This document shows, one piece after another, positions 1 to 11,138 of a stretch of 64,000 nt of DNA. Every line of letters begins with the position of its first letter. The first letter of the stretch is position 1. The notes under the pieces were generated by a model, which worked only from the letters and a program-made list of their open reading frames with translations, was not told the DNA's origin and searched no databases. This DNA is from Nemertoderma westbladi (lineage: Eukaryota > Animalia > Xenacoelomorpha): contig JAUCBJ010001372.1 of assembly GCA_032718475.1 (NCBI GenBank), forward strand, positions 2,706 through 66,705, written 5' to 3'. The position numbers and the translations under genes were made by a program.

Positions 1-338
1 ATATTATGAATATATTTGACTTGATGCATAGTAAAGACGGAGGTTGATCGGGAAGGCCCATTGCATCAACCACCGGATAGACAATAATAATATGAATAAT
101 ATATTAAATGGTATGTTAAGGCTGATAATATACATCTAATGCACAGTATGTAAGGAACAAAGTTATATTTAGTTGACTTTAGAGCGAGTTTGGTATTAAA
201 TATATCATTTGGTGAACTGATATCTTTTTTATCTTTTTTCTTCATTATCTTTTTATAATAGAATCCTATTAGTTCCTGGCTATTTCGTAAGTTATTATAG
301 ATTTATAGATAGGTTTAAACAATATAATTAAATAGGAT

Positions 339-1215
339 TCAACGAATAGAATGTTCTTCAAGTATGTCGAAGAGGCCGCTATTGTTAGTGGAGTCTACAG
401 TTCCTAGGATCGAGGCCGAGTTGCCGATTAGGATGGCTATCAGGAGTCTTTGCAGCAGGAATCGATGAGACCGGGGTTCCTGTGTTGCTTGTCGAATCTT
501 CCTGCCGACCTCTTTCAGGAATGAGGTTGTTGCTGGTCCTGGCTGGCCAAGCGTTTCGAAGGCTACTGGTGCGAAGAGGTATCCGTGGTCTACTAGTTCT
601 TTGTACTTTCTGGATTTGGTCTCTTCTTGCTCCTCGGCAACACGACCTCCTGCTCATAGACTGGTAGCGAGATGGCTGGGCGCTAGAGGGTCTACGACCG
701 TCGCGTCCCACGTCAGGGACTTACCACGCGACCAAGGGATGAGGGTCATGCCGTCTGGGCGTTTACCGTCCGTTCGACAGAGGCCTGGCGGCTCCAGGAT
801 GGACGGAACACCACAGCTGGAGAGTGCGCGCTTTATGATGTCATTTAGTGCCGTGTAGCGCGGAATCCGCCCCAAGCTCCTCTGGCAGGACAGGCCATGT
901 AGGCCTTCGGTATCGACTTCCTTACCGCATCTGGCACATGTGTGTTGTTCTGTGACTTGACAGCCTAGTCGAGTAGCGATTGAGAGGCGGAGCTGACTGT
1001 CAGTTAGCTTTAAACCTAGCGACGACGATGGTAGCGCGTCTATCCAGCAACCGGCGACAGGGTCATCTAAAGAGTTTAGTCGAGCGATATTCTTCGGAGA
1101 AGCGGTGCGGCGAAGTGACGCGAGGTTCTCTTCATGGATCGGGTTTGTCCAAGACTTCTGCATGTTTACAGAGGACGCTGAAGGTTGCTCGCAATCAGTG
1201 GCCACCGATCTCTTA
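339..1215 (-). pseudogene. 5'-truncated non-LTR retrotransposon (CRE-like clade), C-terminal CCHC knuckle plus restriction-like endonuclease
   Basis: Translation shows CARC-x8-H-x3-C, R(Y)xxLN, KRPDGMTLIPWSRGKSLTWDATVVD. Past an in-frame TGA at 654-656 the same frame continues KSRKY...FAPVAFETLG...LQRL..AI..GN to a stop at 339-341. Confidence 0.85.
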
Positions 1216-1253
1216 TTGTTACAAGAAAAAAATATTAATATATTTATATTTAC

Positions 1254-1800
1254 TGTTAGCTTATTCAATCCCGCTAACACCCCATAAAGTTAAGCCGATA
1301 AGCAATATTGGGGGCCACGAGATTGGGTAATCAACCAACTCGTGCCACCCCAACAAAATGGGAAGGAGAAACACAATGAGGGTCAGGGGCCAAACCCCTA
1401 ACCCAGAGAGAACAGGTGGAGTGAACGGGAACACTCCAAAGGGCGCCAACAAGGGTATCAACCAATCAGAGGGGGGAAAGGCATCGATTAGGTAGAGTAA
1501 CAAGGCCAACCGTGCAATATAGCCACTTGGCAGTAATCATTTCAGTTCAGTTATCTCAGTATCATATTGGTGCTAGTTAGGTTAGTTAGTTTAGCTAGGG
1601 AAGGACCGGGACTTTAATTACCGTATCCCGCCTTCTGTATACGACAACATTATCCATATACCTATATCTATATACCCTATATCTATATCAGTTATTATAT
1701 ACGACGAACGACACGAACTCCTAATACCTTTCATACACACGGCGGGGACGCGTAAACTAAACAACCGGATAAACCGGGATCCTTCCTGGATCCCGTCACA
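1254..1800 (+). repeat. 5' LTR of Bel/Pao element
   Basis: TGTTAGC...GTCACA; matches 11850-12396 with two substitutions found by eye. Confidence 0.97.
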
Positions 1801-1862
1801 GTAATTAAATCCGAGCTGTTCCCCTAGCCAGCTAAACCACCAGCCACCAATCACCAAGCGAG

Positions 1863-4800
1863 ATGAGCCAGTCGGGAGAGACAACGCCGACGCGGACCCC
1901 GGACGAAGAATTAACGATCCGCGAGGCCGCAACCAGGCGGTACAGGCCCACAACGCCGGACCCATCGGTAACGGGTCATCCGGCAGTCCAGGATGAGGGG
2001 GGCCGCCTGGAACCCGAGGTCGAGCCAAGAGAAGGAGAGAGCGAGACGGAGGGAGACGGAGACGAGTCGACACGAGACGTGGGTCGACGTACCGATGTCG
2101 CCGGCCAGCCACAGGCCGAGGGCGACGAGCGGCCCACCGAAACGGCGACGGTGGGGCCGACGGTACGACGCCGGACCCGAAGAGACGGAGGAGATGTCGG
2201 TACCGATGTCGCCGGCCAGCCACGGGCCGAGAGCGACGAGCGGCCCACCGAAACGGCGACGGTGGGGCCGACGGTACGACGCCGGACCCGGAGAGACGGA
2301 CGAGAGGTCGGCGACGAGGACGTCGGGGTTTCTGATCGACTTCGACGGGCCTACAACGCGACCCGGAGACTATTAAAGGAGGCCAGAGGAGGGGCGACGA
2401 TAGACAAGGTAAAACTAAAGAGAGGACTAGGTGAGTCGAATAGACACTTTTATTATCTAATGCGCTTCGGGCAAAGAGGACTGGCCGAGGAGAGAGCGAG
2501 AGGGGTTGCCGAGGAACTGTATGACTTATGGCGGTATGGGGGTATAGAACCTAGCGTAGTGTACGTAGGGCCGTACTTAGTCGATGCCCGGGGAGTAAAA
2601 TTAGTGGGTTGGGAGAGACCTGAGGAGGACGAATCCGAGGTTAACCCCGAGGATTCAGCCTCGTCGGTCGGAGGAAGTTCCGGGAGGCGGGGGAAGGTTA
2701 GTAGGACGGGGAGGCGGAGGGAATCCGTTACAACCGATAAGTCTGCTACATCCTCCGTGAAAGAAAGACGGGTGAGAGAGATAAATGCCGCGTACCGTCT
2801 CGATTTAATAGAGCAAGGTCAAAGGGAAGTAGGTAGACGGTTAGAGGAGGGGAGAGTGCTGCTAGAGAGGGAAATGGCGTTGATTAAGGAAACCGGAGAG
2901 AGGGCCGAAAGGGCCGCGAGAAGCCTTAGGGAGTGTGAGGAAGTAGGGAGGAAGGAACAAGAAGAGCGCGAGGCGAGAGAGAAAATTGAGCGCGAAAGAG
3001 CGTGAGGCGGAATGTAGGGAACGTGAGGTGAGGGAGAAAAATGAGCGCAAAGAGCGTGAGGCGAAAGAGGAAAACGAGTGCAGAGAGCGCGAGGAGAGAA
3101 AGGAAAACGAACGCAGGGAGCGTGAGGCGAGACGAAGGGAGGGGGCTAGAAGAGAGTTGGAATTGGCCGAACGGGATGCACGGGAGTGTAAGGAGAGAAT
3201 GGCAAGGAAGGAGTGTGAGCAAAAGGAACTAGAGAAACGTCAAGGTGAGCTTACAGGGTACAAAGCTGTACATACGCGCGAACGGGAATTGGCGCGAGTA
3301 GGGGCGTCTGAGAGTGGGGCTAGCTCGAGTATTTTCGAGGAGCCAGGGGCCGTGGATACATTTATTAATACCCCACTTACAGGGACCGCACGACAGACCC
3401 AAGACTGGTGTGACCGTACGGGCGGGGGGGGGGGGGGGGTAATAATAATGCTATAGTAGACGTCGTTAATATTAATAGTACCGTATGGGATAACTCTAAC
3501 CAAACCTTTATTGCAGCAAATAATGCTTTACCTAGTAGCAGTAATTTAAATTTAAGTACAAATAATAATTTCAATTTGAACGTGCAAAATAATTCAAATA
3601 ATTTAAATAATGATCCAAGCCCGAATTTACAAAATAATTCAAATGATTTTGTTTCAAACGAACAAATTAATTCCGTTTCCAATATGGGTGCTATTAACAT
3701 GAACACGTCGGGCGTGTATGGCCAGGCAGACGGGGGCCTGGTAGGCCGTACAATTGGTAGGTCGGAAGTGGCGGGATTGAGCCAACCCAGAGAGGGCCTG
3801 GTAGGCCACGTAGTTGGTAGGCAGGGAGCGGCTGGGTTGGGTAGACCCAGTGAGGGCCTGGTAGGCCACGTAGTTGGTAGGCAGGGAGCGGCTGGGTTGG
3901 ATAGACCCAGTGAGGGCCTGGTAGGCCACGTAGTTGATAGGCAGGGAGTGGCTGGGTTGGACAGACCCAGCGAGGGCCTGGTAGGCCACGTAGTTGGTAG
4001 GCAGGGAGTAGAGGGCCTGGTAGGCCACGCAATAGCAGAGGGGGAGGCGGGGGTGAATAGACCCGACCGCGGTAGGGTTGATGTGTCGACTAGAGAGGGA
4101 TATAGTAGCGGGGTGAGGGATAGCGAAGTTAGATGTGGCGAGTGGGGGGGGGGGGCTACAGGGGCCCCACAACAGCGAGTTAGCGGCGAAAGGGGGGGGG
4201 GCAGGGAGTGCTCCACAGCCGTCAGCGGATAATGCGCGGGCCGAAATAGGTAAACCGCAACACCCGGCGACGGAGAGTAATAGGGGGATTGCGAGTATCC
4301 CCAGCGGCGTGCGACCGAGCAGAGAGAGACAGGTTGACGTCGTGAGAGGGCGGACGAAGCGTCGAGCCCGATCAGAAGAGGGAAGAAGAACAGTGGGGTT
4401 TAACCGGGAGGTCGACGAGAGATCTCACGAGCGGGAATACTACACTGAAAGGAGAGGAAGAGAAGACAGTAGTAAAAGTATCGCCGCGAACGATAGAAGA
4501 GCGAGGACGGATAGCGAGCCGTCGGTAGTCGAGATGAGAACGGAGAGTCAGTGGGGTCGGACTCCGGGAGATTGCCGTCGCCCCGGAGAGATGCGACCTG
4601 GCGAGGTGCATTACGCGCCGATGGAGGGGTACACGATGTACCGGTACGAAGACGAGAACAGTAGAGAGGGAGGTCGAAGAGAAACTTTCCGACGGAATGT
4701 ACCTACCGATCGAGAATACGGTAGCCGCGGGGAGGACTATTCGAGAAGAATAAACTTCGATCCCGAGCGACACATGCAGACTGTAGGACATACTGTAGGC

Positions 4801-5118
4801 CTTACTGCACATACCATAGGCCATACTGAGAGAGGCAATGTAGGCGATAGGATAGCGCGGACAACGGGATTAAACCCGGAAGTCGCGGAATACATACCGG
4901 CGGGTAGGCCAGAAGCTGATAGGCCTATACCGGTACCAGTACAGCAGTATGACTACAGCATGCAGGGACATAACATATACCCAGGGGAGGGGGGAATTAT
5001 TGCGGATAGGTGTATGGGCCCCAACATATTAACATCAACCCCAGTACCAAACATACCGGTGGGGGGGGGGGACAGGGTGACATTCCCCCATCACAATATC
5101 AACAATATACCCCGATAG
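1863..5118 (+). CDS. Long low-complexity/coiled-coil N-terminal extension of Gag, split over several frames
   Basis: ATG at 1863; same-strand ORFs 1863-3005, 2986-3456, 3576-4232, 4135-5118 run into the gag ORF. Three breaks coincide with long G runs (~3424-3439, ~4144-4201, ~5061-5071). Contains a 111-bp duplication (2089-2300), an E/R-rich stretch and 60-bp repeats (~3730-4030). Confidence 0.65.
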
Positions 5119-7772
5119 GAGCAAGAACAACGAGACCTTTGGATGAAAATAGGTCGTGTGACACAGAGATATGGAGGGGGCCGCTACCCCCGATGACATA
5201 CCCAAGTCAAAGAAGATCAAGAAATAGGACGGACGAACCGCACCAGACAGGAGAAACTATACAGCATCCATCGAACCCATTGGAAGTGCAGGCGATGGGG
5301 ATGGCCACGTTGATCGATGCGTTGAAAACGAGGATCGAGTTACCACCCGTGGAACCATTCAAATTCGATGGGAGTAGGCCGGAAGAATATCTACAGTTTC
5401 GGCGCATGTATAGTAACGAAATACTAACAAAAAACTTGACGCAGGCGGAGTGCCTAAAGTATCTGCAAGTATACACGGGAGGCCCAGCATACGATATCGT
5501 GAGGCAATATCAAGGAATAGAGGGCGGCTTCACGACAGCATGGCGGGCACTGGACAGGGAATACGGGCACCCGGCCAAGATCATCAGACAGACACTGAGA
5601 GGCATAACATCGGGTGGCCTACAGGATAATCCCGTTAGCATTAAGACGTTCGCTAACAAGGTCGAAAAGGCGCTAATCGTGCTGAAGACGCTAGACGCGC
5701 CATACGAGCTCAACGCGTCCAATAACATCACCACGATAGCACAGGCACTACCAAACTGGCTGCGCAACAAGTGGAGGAAGATCGCTTTCTCCACTCGAGA
5801 CAAGAAGGGTGTGGAACCGGGTTTAGAAGAAATGTCAAGCTTCTTAAACTACGAGGCTGAACTAATAACTGACCCAGTCTATAGCGAAGATAGCCTGGGA
5901 AAGGGACCGAAGACGGATTACCATAGACCGAAACCAGAGCACAATACATCAAACGCATTACCGAGGCTCAGGCAATCATTGCCATATGCAGCGACGCAGG
6001 GGACTGCAAGTCCACAGCTAGCCGAAGATAAGACAACACCATGGAACGGACAGGGGAACAATAACAACACGAATAAATATAACCCCAGTACGTCCAGTAG
6101 GCCGAATCCAAACAATAAGAATAGTAGGGACTTTGGTACAAACGCAGCTGCGATACGCAATGCACTGTATAAAGAGGGCTACGACCCAAAGAGCAAATGC
6201 CAGCTACACGCAAATGCGCTTCATCAAACCATGAACTGCAGGTACTGGCAGGCGCTACCTAGGCAAGATCAGATAGATTATGCGTTGAGCAATAAAATCT
6301 GCTCGCGATGTGTGATGAGTGGACATAGAGCAAGGGAATGCAAGGAGAAGCCGGTCAAGTTTGGTCAGAGGAGAGGCCAAACGATGGCGACGAGCACAGT
6401 AGGGGCGAAGAAGAGAGGAACGGTGTTACTTGGAGTAGTACCCGTGCGAGTGATTGGGGAAGGCAATCGATCAGTAACAACACTAATGCTGGTCGATAGT
6501 GGAGCTGCCTTCACATTAGTCGAGGAATGGGTGGCCGAAGAGATAGGATTGAGAACGAGGCCAAGCAGAATGGCGGTAACAACCATCTCTAGCAAAGATG
6601 AGATCCTGGAGATGAGAACAGGACGGTGCGCAATTGCAGCAGTGGCACCGGGATGCGACTATGGGGCAACCATCGACCCCATCCAAGTGATAGAGTCAAT
6701 TAATATCAATGCCAGGCGGCCAACCAACATCGAGGTCGAGCAGTATAAATTCCTGGACGACATTGACTTCTCAATCCCAGATGTGGACGTTAGGAAGGTA
6801 TCCATCATAGTAGGAATGGACTGCCCAACGGCCCACGAAAGAATGCAAACGGTCTTCGGCGAAGACAAGCAGTGTGACCCGGTGGCGATATTAACACCAT
6901 TCGGGTGGACACTGACAGGCCCAATTAAGAGTAATATACCATTCCATGTGTCTGAGAGTTCAGGATGCATGGTGCCAGGAACTGTCGACGAGATAGAGGA
7001 GAGGCCAGAGATGGGCAATAGTGGTAGACAGCTAGAAGTGGAAGCAACACCAAGAGAGTGGGCGGAGGAGAATGGCATGGATGCAGAAGATCTAGAGACG
7101 ATGGGTTGGAACAAGAGTCCCAGCAAGCATCGGTATGGAGATGGAGAGGAGCGGACGGCAAAATGTCCGGGGGACAGGCCGGAGGAGTGTCCGGAAGAGA
7201 TGCCGGTCCGGTTGGGAGGCATGCCGACAAGGGGGAGGCCGAGCAGGAGGACTAAATGGAAAGGGAGAAGATTTGAGACGACCAGACCAGGGGCTGAGAA
7301 GCCCGTGGGTGGGCGTGTGATGGACAAAGGAGCCGGGAAAGTAGGAGGCGTGCTGCATACGCACGCGGGACTGACAGAGTGCGAGGGGGCATTACATGGG
7401 CAGAGATCGTGTATACCGAAGGACGAACGGGGGTCGTCGAGGCCTTTAATGCCAGCACACATATTAAGGGGGAGGCCAGCAGAGGTGGCATCTAAGATTA
7501 AGGAGAAGAACAGGGGCGGCATTATACCGCCGGGCGACACGTTGAAGGGTGGCACTTTGCCGCCAAGGGACGACCACGAGATCAGAAACATAAATAACAG
7601 ACAGCATTTCCAAAGACAGGAGAAAAGGCCACCAGAATTGACAAGGAGAGCGGAGCGAAGAATTAGAGGACCTGTGGGGTGGCAGTGGGAGAGTTGCCTG
7701 CTGGAGGAATCACCCCTTGGGTCGCTGAGTTGTCCAATAGGTTGGACTGGGATGGAAGAGTTAGATCCATAA
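5010..7772 (+). CDS. gag: Bel/Pao Gag core, zinc knuckles, aspartic protease and degenerate integrase remnant
   Basis: IELPPVEPFKFDG...YLQF, CLKYLQVYTGGPA, REYG (DUF1759-like); CQLH..H...C and CSRCVMSGHRAREC knuckles; LVDSGA protease; ILTPFGWTLTGP Pao motif; later LTECEGALH..RPLMPAHILRGR resembles the integrase C-terminal part. No YxDD RT motif. Confidence 0.88.
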   Translation: MYGPQHININPSTKHTGGGGGQGDIPPSQYQQYTPIGARTTRPLDENRSCDTEIWRGPLPPMTYPSQRRSRNRTDEPHQTGETIQHPSNPLEVQAMGMATLIDALKTRIELPPVEPFKFDGSRPEEYLQFRRMYSNEILTKNLTQAECLKYLQVYTGGPAYDIVRQYQGIEGGFTTAWRALDREYGHPAKIIRQTLRGITSGGLQDNPVSIKTFANKVEKALIVLKTLDAPYELNASNNITTIAQALPNWLRNKWRKIAFSTRDKKGVEPGLEEMSSFLNYEAELITDPVYSEDSLGKGPKTDYHRPKPEHNTSNALPRLRQSLPYAATQGTASPQLAEDKTTPWNGQGNNNNTNKYNPSTSSRPNPNNKNSRDFGTNAAAIRNALYKEGYDPKSKCQLHANALHQTMNCRYWQALPRQDQIDYALSNKICSRCVMSGHRARECKEKPVKFGQRRGQTMATSTVGAKKRGTVLLGVVPVRVIGEGNRSVTTLMLVDSGAAFTLVEEWVAEEIGLRTRPSRMAVTTISSKDEILEMRTGRCAIAAVAPGCDYGATIDPIQVIESININARRPTNIEVEQYKFLDDIDFSIPDVDVRKVSIIVGMDCPTAHERMQTVFGEDKQCDPVAILTPFGWTLTGPIKSNIPFHVSESSGCMVPGTVDEIEERPEMGNSGRQLEVEATPREWAEENGMDAEDLETMGWNKSPSKHRYGDGEERTAKCPGDRPEECPEEMPVRLGGMPTRGRPSRRTKWKGRRFETTRPGAEKPVGGRVMDKGAGKVGGVLHTHAGLTECEGALHGQRSCIPKDERGSSRPLMPAHILRGRPAEVASKIKEKNRGGIIPPGDTLKGGTLPPRDDHEIRNINNRQHFQRQEKRPPELTRRAERRIRGPVGWQWESCLLEESPLGSLSCPIGWTGMEELDP

Positions 7773-7939
7773 AAGGTGCGGGCAGAGGTGTTACCTGTCT
7801 GTTAGAAGGGGCACCTTAGTGGAGTTAGAGAAGAGTTTAGTCGTCCAAGCTTTGGACTGAGGGGGGTGGGATTGAGGGCGAGACGCCCTTCCCATACATA
7901 AAAAAATAAAAAAAAATAAAAAAAATAAAATAATAGTAC

Positions 7940-8640
7940 ATAGTAGGTACGCAGTTAGTAGGCAGGAGTTAGTCAGTAAGAAGGTACGTAGTACCTAGAG
8001 TTAGTTAGTTAGTTAGTTAGGAGGTACGTAGTACCTAGAGTTAGTTAGTTAGGAGGTACGCAGTACCGTTAGTTAGAGAAGAGTTAGAGGGTACATAGTA
8101 CCTAGAGTTAGTTAGTTAGGAGGTACGTAGTACCGTTAGTTAGAGAAGAGTTAGAGGGTACGTAGTACCGTTAGTTAGAGAGTTAGAGGGTACGTAGTAG
8201 CGTTAGTTAGAGGAGAGTTAGAGGGTACGTAGTACCGTTAGTTAGAGAGTTAGAGGGTACGTAGTACCTAGAGTTAGAGGAGAGTTAGAGGGTACGTAGT
8301 ACCATTAGTTAGAGAGTTAGAGGGTACGTAGTACCGTTAATTAGAGAGTTAGAGGGTACGTAGTACCTAGAGTTAGAGAGTTAGAGGGTACGTAGTACCG
8401 TTAGTTAGAGGAGAGCTAGAGGGTACGTAGTACCGTTAGTTAGAGAAGAGTTAGAGGGTACGTAGTACCGTTAGTTAGAGGAGAGTTAGAGGGTACGTAG
8501 TACCGTTAGTTAGAGAAGAGTTAGAGGGTACGTAGTACCGTTAGTTAGAGAAGAGTTAGAGTTAGAGGGTATGTAGTACCGTTAGTTAGAGAGAGAGTTA
8601 GAGGTAAAAGGGTATATGAGATATAGATATTAGTTAGCAG
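7940..8640 (+). repeat. Tandem array of ~28-33 bp units (GAGTTAGAGGGTACGTAGTACCGTTAGTTA) inside the LTR element
   Basis: Visible repeats, each with the imperfect palindrome GGTAC-GTA-GTACC. Confidence 0.95.
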
Positions 8641-9080
8641 TTAGTAGCGAGAGGGGGGCATATGAGTACAGCTGGGTAAATCGTGTGGCCACACGACGCA
8701 TACTGCTGTACTGCTGTACAGGCCCACAGTGTAGGCCAGAATGTGGATTAGAGAATAGAACAATCCATAGGCAATAGTAAGTAGTAGGACAGTAGAATTA
8801 AAATTAAATAAAAAATAAATAGAATAGGGCTGAAAGTTGCAAATAATGGTGTAAAACAAGGAAAGTTATTCTGGAACATAATTAAAGTAACGGACAAAAA
8901 ATGAGCCTAATTTACTCATTTACTAGCTTCAAAATTAATTAGTAACAATTTAGGTTAAAAGGCGCAGTTAAGTAAGAAATAGGCCATTATCGGACCGTAC
9001 AGAACATCCTAGATACATCACTCATCTGTATTGCGCCTTGGTAAGGCACCACCTTGCAGGTGAGCGAGTGAGTGTTCGGA

Positions 9081-11138
9081 ATGGCGAGCAAATTGATCAG
9101 AAAGAGAAAGGCGGAGTCAGGAGGAAAGGAGATACTGGTGGATTTCACCGAGAGGCATCCGGAAGAGAAGACGAGAGGATACTACGAGAGGTTGGAAAGG
9201 GGTCACGCGGCACGAGCGCTGCATGATCGCTTCCGGGAGATGCACGAACAGCGGCTGGTCGGGACCTACGGGACGCCGTCGCTGGACAACGCGATCTTCC
9301 AACACTTCCACTACGTGGTGAAAGGGGACGAGGCGAAGTTCGGGATTCCGAAGTACCCGAGGGAATCACCGAGGAAGGACTGGAAGAGATTCATAGAGTC
9401 CGTCAACAGGGGAGGATATATGATCCTAGACGACGAGGGAACCGTGGAAGACGAGGAGGGTTCGAGACGAGGATCGGCGGGGTCGGCCAGGACCATACTC
9501 CTACATTTGGGGGACATTACATTACAATGGGGACATCTTCTTATTCGATCTAGGAACGTATGGGAAGAAGGACGGGCCGAAATTAAACCGGTTACCGAAA
9601 GCGGTACAAGTCTTGGTAAGAGAGAAGTCGACGACGAAAGTAGGATCGGCGATTCGCGAGGATGCGGAGAGAATCATCGGTCCGGACGCCACCAACCTCC
9701 TGGATATGCAGAAGGTCTTTATGGCTATGACGGCACCGGATGGGTTGGGGGTAGTCGAAAACACAGGCCAATGCGGGGCGGTGGCAATGGGCCAATTATT
9801 GGGGCTCGTGTGCCACAAACCGATGGATTGGGGGAAGTTCAGGGAAGAATACGGAGCAGAACTAGCGAACTCGCTAAAGTGGGGAGCGAGACCGGGAAAG
9901 CAAGAGGTATATCAATTCCGCAGAGGAGCGATAAAGGTATATCAGAAGCGATATATCCTGCAGGAAGATTGGATGATGATAAGTTTGCTTAACTTATTTA
10001 TGACCGTGGTTATCGAGAGGGAACCAGGGGCATTTCTGTTATCGGGATCACCCCTAAGCTACAGGAGAGCCTTTAAAATGGCCTTCGACGGTCTGGTAGA
10101 CCACCCGGGGCTGAAGGGTGAGTCGGTGTACTACAACAGCCAGCATCTGGTAGACGGGGAGACGGATACGCCGTATCAGAGATGGGAGCAGCTAGAAACG
10201 GATAGACGAGAAGCGAAGCGACTGGAAGAAGTCGCCAGACGGGAGAGGATAGAAGCAGAGGAGAGGGAAGAGGAGGCCAGGACACAGAGTTACGGCTTCA
10301 AGGAACAGGCAGGCTTAGACGAGCTTCATTGGACTTCGTCAGGGAGTTCGGGGGAGTCTCTAGGGCGAGAACTGGGATGGACGGTGGGATCACCGAAACA
10401 GTCGACGTCGGGGTTGCAAATGACGCCCATACCAGCGGGCGCCGAAGGCGACCAACCGCCAAGGAAGTTAAGGGAGCTAGAGGGATGGAGAGCTACGGGC
10501 GAGAGCCAAGGCGGGAAGGGACATAGTGGATCCATCGGGATACCGGGGTTGGAGCCACTGCCAGAGGAGGAAGAGGACGACGACGAGTTCGGAGGGGTGC
10601 CGCCCATCGAGAGGATTGGCCACTCGGACACGGACTGGGTTGGCGGAAGGGTGGTGACGGCCAGTGGGGCGATGGCCTTCTGGAACAGATCCGGCAAGTG
10701 GACCTGGGTGCACTCTTCCTTATCAATCAGGAGGCTCACATGGAAATCATAAAGCGGAGGCTACCGTTTACCTATCAAGAGGTAGCAATGGCGGCGTCGT
10801 ATGCCGGAGTAATGAATACACAAAGATATTTGGACAGATGGACGCCACAGAACCGAGGGGAGTTTAGGGATTTCTTGGCGGAGCACGTACCGCAAGCAAT
10901 GAAGATGATCCTATGGGACGCCACCAGAGGGAGACAACAGGACCACTCTGAGGAGCCACCGGCGAAGCGATATCGGGCACTAATAACACCAGCGCCCAAG
11001 GAGCCAACAACCAGAATCAGCAGGGAGGTGGCGGCGAAGGTCCGAAAGCAGATAGCGGATCCCAGAGGAGCGGTGGTAACCAAGAAACGACCCAGGGAAG
11101 AGGACGCCAGGGGGAACTATCCCCAGAGGAACAGATAG
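9081..11138 (+). CDS. Extra ORF (~680 aa if two frameshifts are repaired) with a DEDDy/WRN-EXD-like 3'-5' exonuclease domain
   Basis: Joining 9081-~9520, ~9520-~10680 and ~10680-11138 gives ILDDEG (Exo I), LLHLGD..IFLFDL, LPKAVQVLVREKSTTKVGSAIREDAERI (Exo II), NLLDMQ, GQLLGLVCHKP, QKRYILQED (Exo III-like). Confidence 0.72.

Noticed and set aside
1261-1509. Identical hydrophobic 82-aa antisense ORF in both LTRs
   Set aside because: TTG start; identity is explained by LTR duplication; no independent coding evidence.
6659-7591. Long antisense ORFs over coding regions (also 3377-4216, 60441-61082)
   Set aside because: Shadows of GC-rich or repetitive sense ORFs with no recognisable motifs.
9072-11138. 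Extra ORF as an envelope gene
   Set aside because: No signal peptide, transmembrane segment or Cys-rich ectodomain; exonuclease motifs fit better.
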